25,074 nt of DNA, taken from NCBI GenBank assembly GCA_030634505.1, contig DAOWAQ010000001.1:1-25074 (forward strand), read 5' to 3'. How positions within the stretch are numbered: the stretch's first letter is position 1; every line of letters starts with the position of its first letter. Below the pieces are notes generated by a model that was given only the letters and a program-made list of their open reading frames with translations, searched no databases and was not told where the DNA came from. Below, in pieces: positions 16,045 to 24,099 of the stretch. Source of the DNA: Calditrichia bacterium (GTDB taxonomy: Bacteria > Calditrichota > Calditrichia > JAJRVZ01). Position numbers and translations under genes: made by a program.

Positions 16045-16076
16045 CAAAGGTAATATAAATATTAATAACAAACAAA
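16045..16076 (-). promoter_or_regulatory. Bacteroidota housekeeping-sigma promoter, leftward
   Basis: Minus strand TTTG (16076-16073), 20-nt spacer, TACCTTTG (16052-16045); matches TTTG-N19-21-TAnnTTTG. Confidence 0.7.
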
Positions 16077-16086
16077 TTATAATACT

Positions 16087-16782
16087 ATGAAAAACGATGT
16101 AAGATATTTAAACTTCAAATTCGAAGTTAAAGCAGACTCTAAAGATGAAATGATTATCGAGGGTCACGGCGCTATTAAAAACGAAATTGACAGCTACAAA
16201 GAAGTTATAACCGATGGTGCATTCACTAAAACGTTATTGCAGCGCAAGGGAAGAATAGCATTTTGTTTGCAGCATGATATTTATAACCCGGTTGGGAAGG
16301 TGATGGAAATAAGAGAGGATGATAAAGGGTTGTTTGTAAAAGTGCGAATATCTGACTCAGAAGAGGGTGTTAAAACCAAAATACGCGAAAAGATATTGAA
16401 AGAAATGTCAATCGGGTATGTTACTATAGATGCCAAAAAAGGCGAAAAAGGTGGAGAGGATGTATTATTCTTAACTGAGATTAAATTATACGAAGTTTCA
16501 TTGGTAACAATTGCTGCAATGGAACATGCAATGATTGAGGCAATAAAAGCAGAAGGACAAAAAAACAGTGATGTTATTGAAGCCGAATTTGACAGGCTAA
16601 TAGGCATTACACGAAATACTGAGAAGAAATATGAAATCATGCAACTGAAAGCACTTGTTATGAGTTTGCCGTTAGATTCCAAAGGCACGGAAACGCCGCC
16701 AAAGAAAAAAGACACGAACAAAAATAAACCGCAAGTAAGAACAATTGATATGAAAGATTTTAATTTAAAAAAGAAAAAGTAA
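16087..16782 (+). CDS. Prohead protease, HK97 family
   Basis: IEGHGA...IDSYKEVITDGAF, LQHD, EMSIGY and KLYEVSLVT. Confidence 0.93.
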   Translation: MKNDVRYLNFKFEVKADSKDEMIIEGHGAIKNEIDSYKEVITDGAFTKTLLQRKGRIAFCLQHDIYNPVGKVMEIREDDKGLFVKVRISDSEEGVKTKIREKILKEMSIGYVTIDAKKGEKGGEDVLFLTEIKLYEVSLVTIAAMEHAMIEAIKAEGQKNSDVIEAEFDRLIGITRNTEKKYEIMQLKALVMSLPLDSKGTETPPKKKDTNKNKPQVRTIDMKDFNLKKKK

Positions 16783-16784
16783 AC

Positions 16785-18077
16785 ATGAAAAAGAAAAAGT
16801 TCGAAATCAAGGGATTCGAAGACGGTCAGGTTACGGGATTACAAGATTTGGTAGACCAGTTAACGATTCACTTAGGAGAAGAAGTAAAAGAGATTTTGGA
16901 TGATTATGCAGGGATTGCTGTTGTCGATGAATTAAGTGCTCTGTTATCAGCAGAGGAGGGAGACGATGGCAAATATAAAACCGAAATATTCACCAAAATG
17001 CAAGCGCAATTAGACCAAATTGCCACCGATCTAAAAAATGGACTCAAAGCTCAAATGAAAGCCGCTGAAACTCCAAAGGATTTCATTGCTGCTATTAGAG
17101 AGCTATTGGATTCGAAAGAATTCAAAGATGCAAAAAACGAAGGATTCACAAAAAAGAAAGTATTTGATGTAAAAGTTGATACTTCTGTGATTACCGGAGA
17201 TGTAAACAGAACTGTACAAAATTTAACCGTGTCTTTTGCTCCTGAAAATCAATTAGCTTTCATCCCTAATTTTGGGGCGGGTGGAACAATTGGTCAGGAC
17301 AAAAACCGTGTATTATGGGTAGAGGGTGCTTATACTTCTAACGTTGGATACGTTACAGAAGGAACAGGACAAGCAACTGCGGACACTGGTACTGCCGTAG
17401 AAAAAGGTCGTGAGATGGCAAAAATTTCCGCCAAACTCCCACTGACTTCCGAAATGTTGGAAGATGCTGATTATGTTGCTAGTGCTTTCCGTACTAAATT
17501 GCAAGAAAAATCATTACTATTTACCGATGGTGAGGCTTATGACGGCGATGGATCAGACGGAGGTAATCCTAAACATATTTACGGTATCCAAGGACATGCA
17601 ACTGCGTTTAATGCAACTACTGCCGGGGTAAATGCCACTGTGGATGTACCTAATATTGGAGATGCTGTTGATGCTGGTATTTTGCAATGTGAAAAATCAA
17701 ATTTCAGATCAAGTAACATTCTTTGGTTGAATCCATCTGATTTTTACAAATGGAAAAAAACCAAAACTACTGACGGGGATTATGTTTTCGTTAAGGATAT
17801 TAATGGTACATACAGCGTTGCCGGATTACGTGTAATCCGTTCAAACCGTATTACTGCTAATACTATGTTATTGGCCGATACTTCAAAACTACAATACTGG
17901 ACTAAGCGTATGCCAGAAATCAAATTCAGTCAAATGAATGGTTCTGATTTCGTGAATGACGCTTGGACTGCTGTATTGTTTGTACGTTCTCAGGTTGTTG
18001 TTGAAGCACAGGATAAATTATCGTTGATTTATTTCAGTGATGTTGATGCTGCTGTTGATTCACTTGAAAAACTATAG
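16785..18077 (+). CDS. Major capsid protein, HK97 fold, with N-terminal delta/scaffold-like region
   Basis: Position after protease; 430 aa; YVTEG, AKISAKLPLTSEMLEDA, WLNPSDFYKWKKTKTTDGDY and GLRVIRS. Confidence 0.92.
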   Translation: MKKKKFEIKGFEDGQVTGLQDLVDQLTIHLGEEVKEILDDYAGIAVVDELSALLSAEEGDDGKYKTEIFTKMQAQLDQIATDLKNGLKAQMKAAETPKDFIAAIRELLDSKEFKDAKNEGFTKKKVFDVKVDTSVITGDVNRTVQNLTVSFAPENQLAFIPNFGAGGTIGQDKNRVLWVEGAYTSNVGYVTEGTGQATADTGTAVEKGREMAKISAKLPLTSEMLEDADYVASAFRTKLQEKSLLFTDGEAYDGDGSDGGNPKHIYGIQGHATAFNATTAGVNATVDVPNIGDAVDAGILQCEKSNFRSSNILWLNPSDFYKWKKTKTTDGDYVFVKDINGTYSVAGLRVIRSNRITANTMLLADTSKLQYWTKRMPEIKFSQMNGSDFVNDAWTAVLFVRSQVVVEAQDKLSLIYFSDVDAAVDSLEKL

Positions 18078-18089
18078 GAGGGTAAAATC

Positions 18090-18500
18090 ATGAGAAAATT
18101 ACTAATTTTAACAAGTTTGATTTTATTTGCCGTTGTAGCAATGGCACAAACTGCTGGAAGTTTTGTAAGTTTAGTAGCTGATACTACTACAGATGCAGAG
18201 ACAGAATACATGATTATTAGTTCGCCTAAACAGTTAACTAAAAATTATGTTGTGACCATGTTTCTAATCCCAACTAACGAATCTGGAACTGCGACGGTGA
18301 CATCAACACCTCAAGGATCAGATGATAATTCTGTTTTTTTCGATTTGGCATCAGCAACTACCGTCAATACTGCTGGTACAGTTGCGAATTCTATATATGA
18401 ATATGCGAATGCCAATTTCGAGTACTACAGACTTAAACTAGTGAGCACTGGAACTGGTGTTACTAGTTTTACGGGGAAGCTTGGATTGAAGCGAAAATAG
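18090..18500 (+). CDS. Beta-rich protein with Sec signal peptide in the capsid-decoration gene position
   Basis: MRK-LLILTSLILFAVV-AMA|Q; mature part has QGSDD...FFDL...YYRLK; AGGAGG at 18076-18081. Confidence 0.7.
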   Translation: MRKLLILTSLILFAVVAMAQTAGSFVSLVADTTTDAETEYMIISSPKQLTKNYVVTMFLIPTNESGTATVTSTPQGSDDNSVFFDLASATTVNTAGTVANSIYEYANANFEYYRLKLVSTGTGVTSFTGKLGLKRK

Positions 18501-18541
18501 CCTAAATGGTGAAACCGGGAGTTCGATTCTCTCGGTAGGCA
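18500..18541 (+). other. tRNA-like minihelix (acceptor plus T arm, no anticodon arm)
   Basis: GCCTA-AATGGTGAAA-CCGGGAG-TTCGATT-CTCTCGG-TAGGC-A: 12 bp of helix with a T-loop. Confidence 0.55.
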
Positions 18542-18568
18542 CAAATTATTTAAAAACAAAGAATCATT

Positions 18569-18820
18569 ATGATTAGGAAATACAAGGTTGGAAAAGGATA
18601 TTGTGGTATTGAAAAGGGGACAATACTTGAAAGAGATGATTCAAAATCACGAACTATTGTGATGTTAAAAAAGGGATATTACACAGAATATAATCCGATA
18701 GAAAAAGCGAAAAGGCAAATAGGCGGATTAAAAAATGTTGTAAAAGCCAAGATTGAAAAGGGACTGGATTATATTCAGAATAAGATTGAACCGGGGGTTA
18801 AAAAACGTAAAACAAAATAG
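18569..18820 (+). CDS. Small basic hypothetical protein of the head-neck region
   Basis: Lys-rich 83-aa ORF between capsid and connector genes. Confidence 0.7.
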   Translation: MIRKYKVGKGYCGIEKGTILERDDSKSRTIVMLKKGYYTEYNPIEKAKRQIGGLKNVVKAKIEKGLDYIQNKIEPGVKKRKTK

Positions 18821-18822
18821 TC

Positions 18823-19356
18823 ATGCAAATTAATTATTCAAATGAAGGAGCAGAACCCATAGATTTAGCAACTGCAAAGAGTTGGTTAAAAGTTGATTTT
18901 ACAGATGAGGATGATTTGATCACTTTATTGATAGGGGAAATTAGGGGCTTAGCTGAAGAGGTGGCCGGAAGATCATTTGTGACAAAAACAATCACATACT
19001 TTGAAACAGACAGGGATATTATCAAGGACTGGATAAAATTACCATACCCGGATCACAATGCAATTACAGAAGTGATATTGGACGGAGGAGAAGTAACCAG
19101 TGATAGTTATTCTGTTACCGGATTCAAACAAAAATACATAAAAATTACAGGTGCTGTAACAACATCTGATACATTAAACGATAGTGGATTAAAGGTAACA
19201 TATACTGTTCTTGCCACTCTTCCGAAAGGGTTTAAAATGGCTATGCTTTGTGAAATAGCAGAGAAATATGAAAGACGGGGTAATACATCGGAGCAGTCTG
19301 CGAATAAATTATCCAGTAGCTTCATGAGTTATATCAGCACAATAAAAATATATTAA
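18823..19356 (+). CDS. Head-tail connector/adaptor (HK97 gp6 / SPP1 gp15-like)
   Basis: EPIDLATAKSWLKVDFTDEDDLITLLI, LPYP and LPKGFKMAML. Confidence 0.85.
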   Translation: MQINYSNEGAEPIDLATAKSWLKVDFTDEDDLITLLIGEIRGLAEEVAGRSFVTKTITYFETDRDIIKDWIKLPYPDHNAITEVILDGGEVTSDSYSVTGFKQKYIKITGAVTTSDTLNDSGLKVTYTVLATLPKGFKMAMLCEIAEKYERRGNTSEQSANKLSSSFMSYISTIKIY

Positions 19357-19359
19357 TTA

Positions 19360-19689
19360 ATGGAAATTGGTAAACTAAATAGAAGGATTACAATAACCAC
19401 GTATGCAGCATCAAGCGAAACTCCGTCTGGTGGCACGATTAAGGGGGCGTCGTCAACAAATGAGACATGGTGCAATGCAAAGCCATTACGACAAAAAGAA
19501 AGTGTGTTATATGGCCTTAAAATTGGTCAACGGGGATATAAATTCGGATTTAGATACGAAGCTGGGGTAGATATGGGGCAAACAAATGAATTAACCTACG
19601 AGGGGAGAAGGTTTAGAATAATTCAGGTATTAGAGATTGATGAAGCAAAACGAATGATAATAGTAATTGCAAATGAGCGTACAAATTAA
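19360..19689 (+). CDS. Head closure / stopper (SPP1 gp16-like)
   Basis: MEIGKLNRRITI...WCNAKP...YEGRRFRIIQV. Confidence 0.85.
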   Translation: MEIGKLNRRITITTYAASSETPSGGTIKGASSTNETWCNAKPLRQKESVLYGLKIGQRGYKFGFRYEAGVDMGQTNELTYEGRRFRIIQVLEIDEAKRMIIVIANERTN

Positions 19690-20119
19690 ATTAGATCCAT
19701 TTAGTCACAAGAAATTGAAACATAAATTCAAAGTTCTTGGCAGGATTTACCCGGATGAAACATTCCGGGCTATTATCAAGATATTGTTTGATATGAAACG
19801 TCTTGCACAGCAGAAATTAAAGAGGGATGGTCATATTATAACAGCTCGATTGCGGAATTCATTGTTTGTACAAACACTTCGTAATAAGTTTTCCAACAGG
19901 GCCAATAATAAACCTGTGTACAGCGATAAAGATGGGAATGTTTTTAAATCTAAAATAAGAGTTCGGCTGAAACAATTACAGGGTGCATTCGGGACTAATG
20001 TTATATATGCGGGATTTATTGAAAATCTTGATTCTTATATAGAGTGGGCTATTCAGAATGTTGATGTAAATAAGCGGTTGCGTGAAATAACTGATAATGC
20101 GAGGAAGAAAATAAAATGA
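19673..20119 (+). CDS. Tail completion protein (HK97 gp10-like)
   Basis: Synteny; TARLRNSL and GTNVIYAGFIE motifs; ATG 19673 preferred. Confidence 0.7.
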   Translation: MSVQIKLDPFSHKKLKHKFKVLGRIYPDETFRAIIKILFDMKRLAQQKLKRDGHIITARLRNSLFVQTLRNKFSNRANNKPVYSDKDGNVFKSKIRVRLKQLQGAFGTNVIYAGFIENLDSYIEWAIQNVDVNKRLREITDNARKKIK

Positions 20120-20523
20120 AAGATGTAAGGAAACAGTTATCTATAGCTTTGGTTGCAGCAATAAAAGCAGCAATACCGGGGAGGAATGTTTACACTAAAG
20201 TTCCTAAAAATGTGACATATCCTTATGTTTTCATTGCTGCTATGTATGATATTGAAGATGGCCCTAAAAATCAATTTTTCTATCAATATGATACTACCAT
20301 AGAGGTTGTTTACGAAAATGTCGATGCAAAAGATGATATGTGGGATGATGTTGATGCAATAAAAGGATTAATTAATAATGATGTACCATTTTCATTGACA
20401 GATAACTTTAAAATAATGCAAGCCACATTAATTGAAACAGACGAAACGGAAGATTTGGTAGACAGTTTATCTGTGGACATAACGGATATACGAGTAAATT
20501 TTGAAATCGAAGATAATAATTAA
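20116..20523 (+). CDS. Tail terminator protein
   Basis: Acidic 135-aa ORF immediately before the tail tube; VYTKVPKNVTYPYVFI. Confidence 0.75.
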   Translation: MKDVRKQLSIALVAAIKAAIPGRNVYTKVPKNVTYPYVFIAAMYDIEDGPKNQFFYQYDTTIEVVYENVDAKDDMWDDVDAIKGLINNDVPFSLTDNFKIMQATLIETDETEDLVDSLSVDITDIRVNFEIEDNN

Positions 20524-20537
20524 AAAAATTAGAAATT

Positions 20538-21245
20538 ATGGCAACAAAAGTAGGAACACTAGTAAAATTGAAAATCGGAACTATCTTTATGGTAGGGGAA
20601 ATGTCAAACAGTATGGCTTCTGTTGCTGCTTTGATTGAAGTTAGTTCGAAAGCATCAGGGAGAGCATCTAATTTCGAGTACGGAAGGATTGCAGAAACAC
20701 TTTCTGCTAGTTCGATTGGTTCGTCTGATGCAGCTATTGCAACATATAATTTTAAACAAGCATTAGCAGCACAAAAGGCAGGGACAAAGGTTGAAATTGC
20801 AATAACTGAATATACATCTGGGGCTGCGCCCGTTGCAGGGGCAATTATCATATCAGGGACAGTGCTTATTGGCAATGTATCCCAGGAGAATCCAGACAAC
20901 GAAAAACTAACATTTAGTCTGGAAATGACATTTGACGGATTTTCGAGAGTTGAAACTAATCCGGCAACTGACTTCTTGGCTTATTCTTTCCCAGAACAAA
21001 CAGGGGAAGCAACAATTAATACAGGAGCTCACACGGTTGCAATAGAAGTAGCCAACGGAATAGACGTAACAGGATTGATTGCAACATTTATTGCATCAGG
21101 ATTATCTGTTGTAGATGTTTCAGATGCAGTACAAACAAGTGGGACTACTGTGAATAATTTTACAAACCCGGTAGTATATACAATAACAGCGGCTGACGGA
21201 TCAACAGAACAGGATTGGACTGTAACTGTGACTGTAGCTTCATAA
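20538..21245 (+). CDS. Tail tube protein 1 with C-terminal Ig-like domain
   Basis: About 140-aa tube-like domain plus Ig-like tail (FTNPVVYTITAADGSTEQDWTVTVT). Confidence 0.8.
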   Translation: MATKVGTLVKLKIGTIFMVGEMSNSMASVAALIEVSSKASGRASNFEYGRIAETLSASSIGSSDAAIATYNFKQALAAQKAGTKVEIAITEYTSGAAPVAGAIIISGTVLIGNVSQENPDNEKLTFSLEMTFDGFSRVETNPATDFLAYSFPEQTGEATINTGAHTVAIEVANGIDVTGLIATFIASGLSVVDVSDAVQTSGTTVNNFTNPVVYTITAADGSTEQDWTVTVTVAS

Positions 21246-21260
21246 AAAAAACAAATAATT

Positions 21261-21692
21261 ATGGCAACAAAAGTAGGAACATTCGTAAAGATCAAAATTG
21301 CAACTAAATTCATGGTTGGAGAATTATCTCAAAGCATGGCATCGGTTGTGAATTTGATTGACATTAGCTCAAAGGCATCTGGCCGAGCATCGAACTTTGA
21401 GTATGGAAGATTGGCCGAAACACTTTCGGTTAGTTCTATTGGAACAACAGACGCAAGTGAAAGTGCTGAGAATTGGAAAGATGCACAGGCAGCACAAGTA
21501 GCAGGAACGAAAGTGGCCGTTACTATTTCTGAGTATGATTCCGATGGTGTGTTAGTTCCCGGAGCAATCATTATATCTTCGAGTACAGTGCTTATCGGTA
21601 ACGTATCCCAGGAGAATCCAGACAACGAAAAACTAACATTTAGTCTGGAATTAACATTTGACGGAGAAGTAACAGTTGGAACTAATGCGTAA
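21261..21692 (+). CDS. Tail tube protein 2 (paralogue lacking the Ig-like domain)
   Basis: Colinear with tube 1: MATKVGT, SSKASGRASNFEYGR, GNVSQENPDNEKLTFSLE. Confidence 0.8.
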   Translation: MATKVGTFVKIKIATKFMVGELSQSMASVVNLIDISSKASGRASNFEYGRLAETLSVSSIGTTDASESAENWKDAQAAQVAGTKVAVTISEYDSDGVLVPGAIIISSSTVLIGNVSQENPDNEKLTFSLELTFDGEVTVGTNA

Positions 21693-22074
21693 CGGGACAA
21701 TTGAAGTAAAATTACCCTATCCTATTAAATTCTTAGGAGGTACATTTCACAGGGATAGGATTATCGGATTTTCATTCGATCAGCGATCTATGTTAATTAT
21801 TTTAAAGAATAATAATATAGATATGAAACAATTTTCTGTGTGGCGAAAAAAAATAACCAGTAATATAGTTGTTTTGGAATTCATATTTGCAGCAGCACAA
21901 AGCTATTGCGAAGAAAGAAGATTGAAAGATAATTTTACCAAGAAAGGATTATTACATGCGTTTAATGAATGTTCAAACGAAATCAGGGAATTGATTGCTA
22001 ATTGTTGGAAAGATTCAGAAGAATTGGGTTATAAAGAATTACCCGGTAGAAAAAAAAAAGTGATAAAACATTAA
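21685..22074 (+). CDS. Tail assembly chaperone (gpG-like)
   Basis: Between tube and tape measure; ends in a slippery A run; ATG 21685 preferred over TTG 21676. Confidence 0.8.
   Translation: MRNGTIEVKLPYPIKFLGGTFHRDRIIGFSFDQRSMLIILKNNNIDMKQFSVWRKKITSNIVVLEFIFAAAQSYCEERRLKDNFTKKGLLHAFNECSNEIRELIANCWKDSEELGYKELPGRKKKVIKH
22050..22060 (+). other. Programmed -1 ribosomal frameshift site (A10G)
   Basis: AGA AAA AAA AAA GTG; the -1 frame is open (SDKTLTFSEIYN) into the ORF 22095-22376. Confidence 0.8.
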
Positions 22075-22094
22075 CATTTTCCGAGATATACAAT

Positions 22095-22376
22095 ATGGCT
22101 ATTGGTGAACTACAAGTAAAACCAGATGAATTTTGGAGATTAACAAACGGTGAATTAATGGCAATATTAAGGGGTTATGTTATAAGGGGAAATAAAGAAA
22201 GTGCGAATCACAGAAATCTATATACACTATTCTGGAATGCCAACAAATCTAAAGATACATCTACCAAATTGCCAAAGGATTTGTGGCCACTAGATATAGA
22301 TTATGATGGTAGCGAAATGAGCATGGAGGAAAAACAAAAATTATTTTCTAAAATAGCGAATAACGATGGGACTTAA
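22095..22376 (+). CDS. gpT-like extension of the tail chaperone (made as a G-T fusion)
   Basis: KPDEFWRLTNGEL and PKDLWPLDID motifs; in the -1 frame of the chaperone. Confidence 0.75.
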   Translation: MAIGELQVKPDEFWRLTNGELMAILRGYVIRGNKESANHRNLYTLFWNANKSKDTSTKLPKDLWPLDIDYDGSEMSMEEKQKLFSKIANNDGT

Positions 22377-24099
22377 AATTGGTGATTTATTTGTAAAGCT
22401 TGGACTGAAATCAGGGACATTTAACAAGGGGTTAAATGCAGCAGAAAAGAAAACCAATAATTTTGGTAATGGTTTAAAGAAAATTGGCGGATTAATTGCT
22501 GGTGCTTTTGCTGTTTCCCAGATAGTATCTTTTGGAAAAGAATTGGTTCAGTTAGGTGGTATCGCAGAAGGTGTAAGAACCGCTTTTAATCGTATTGCAG
22601 ATGACCGCGTTCTTCGAGATTTAAAAGATGCTACAAGGGATACTGTTGGCGAATTAGAATTAATGAAGCGTGCTGTTACTGCTTATAATTTAGGTTTACC
22701 AGTTAAAAACCTTGCATCATTATTTGAGTTTGCAACCAAGCGAGCGCAAGAAACAGGCGAATCAGTTGATTTTTTAGTCAACTCGATTGTAATTGGGATC
22801 GGTAGAAAATCACCATTAATCCTCGATAATCTTGGAATTTCCGCTATACAATTAAGGAAAAAACTCAAAGGCGTTGGAATGGAGACTGCCAGTGTTGCAA
22901 CTGTTGCTAAAGCGGTTGGAGAAATTGCTGCTGATTCAATGTCCGAATCTGGAAAGATAATTGATACTAATGCGATTAAGGTTGCTAATTTACAATCAAA
23001 ATGGGCTAATTTAAAATTAGAATTAGCAGAGAATCCACTTGTTAATGATACCGTAGGCAAAGCACTTGATTTTCTAAACAGACAATTAATTTTATTACCG
23101 CAAAATTTAGAGATTTCAAAAAGAGCATTAAAAGCCGTGTTTGGGGCTGATCTGGGCGAAGGTATTAGCGCACAACAGAGAGCATTAAATGAAAGAGCAA
23201 AGATATTTATTGAAAGACAAAAAGAATCAGAGGCGGCAGCACAAAGAAGAATCGCCACAATTAACAGATTAAACGCTGCGTTAGCCGAACAGGGCGAACA
23301 TGTAAAAACACTTGGGGAATTAAAAACAGAAACAGAGGCACTAACTAAATCAATAGAAGATTATGGTATCAATCAGGATGCGGAATTACAGCGCACATTG
23401 CGCCAAATAGCTGCCAATGAAAAGCTAATTAAACAACTCACCACATTACGATCAACCAGGGGGGCAGCTCCGGCAAGAATGACAACAAGGGGAGGAGTTC
23501 CAGAAATAGGTTTTGGATTTGGCGAAGGATTAGAAAGAACCGAGGAGCATCTTGATAATATGCAATCGTTCTATGATAGGATGAGCGAGCAATTGAAGAA
23601 ATTTACTGATGATTATTTATCTGATTGGGATCAATTGGGGGAAAGTCTTGATTCTTTAATAGTGGATGGAATTATATCTGTTATTGATGAATTTGGACAA
23701 GCAGTAGAGGCCATGTTCGCGGGTGATTTTAATATTGAAGAATTAGGGGGAAGGCTTTTAACAACAATCGGTCAATTTCTGGGGCAATTTGGTAAAATGT
23801 TAATTGCATACGGAATTGCACAAGAAGCATTCTGGACATCGCTGGGGTTAGGCCCTATTGGTGCTGGGGTTGCAATTGCAGCAGGGGTTGCATTGGTAAT
23901 AATAGGCGGTGCAATTAGTGGCATGGGAAGCAGTGTTTCAAGAGGCAATCTTTCTACTGGAGGAGGAAGCCGTGCAATTAATCAATCATTTAATGTTATT
24001 AGTACAAATGCACAGGATAAAGAACTTGTTGCGACAATTACTTATAACCAATTGAATTTTATATTGAAAAAGGGAAATTCAAATCTAAATAGATTCTAA
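22366..24099 (+). CDS. Tape measure protein (577 aa)
   Basis: IGDLFVKLGL N-terminus, helical Ala/Gly-rich body, hydrophobic C-terminal segments, synteny. Confidence 0.9.
   Translation: MGLKIGDLFVKLGLKSGTFNKGLNAAEKKTNNFGNGLKKIGGLIAGAFAVSQIVSFGKELVQLGGIAEGVRTAFNRIADDRVLRDLKDATRDTVGELELMKRAVTAYNLGLPVKNLASLFEFATKRAQETGESVDFLVNSIVIGIGRKSPLILDNLGISAIQLRKKLKGVGMETASVATVAKAVGEIAADSMSESGKIIDTNAIKVANLQSKWANLKLELAENPLVNDTVGKALDFLNRQLILLPQNLEISKRALKAVFGADLGEGISAQQRALNERAKIFIERQKESEAAAQRRIATINRLNAALAEQGEHVKTLGELKTETEALTKSIEDYGINQDAELQRTLRQIAANEKLIKQLTTLRSTRGAAPARMTTRGGVPEIGFGFGEGLERTEEHLDNMQSFYDRMSEQLKKFTDDYLSDWDQLGESLDSLIVDGIISVIDEFGQAVEAMFAGDFNIEELGGRLLTTIGQFLGQFGKMLIAYGIAQEAFWTSLGLGPIGAGVAIAAGVALVIIGGAISGMGSSVSRGNLSTGGGSRAINQSFNVISTNAQDKELVATITYNQLNFILKKGNSNLNRF

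Noticed and set aside
21243-21263. Stop readthrough fusing the two tail-tube genes (same frame, 15-nt open spacer)
   Set aside because: The stop is TAA, gene 2 has its own duplicated initiation region, and same-frame spacing occurs by chance one time in three.
53-23258. Minus-strand and alternate-frame ORFs overlapping major genes (e.g. 884-1282, 1017-1199, 4818-5195, 8073-9560, 16281-16721, 20408-21700, 22683-23258)
   Set aside because: Shadow frames of well-supported + strand genes or of coding repeats; no motifs or initiation signals.
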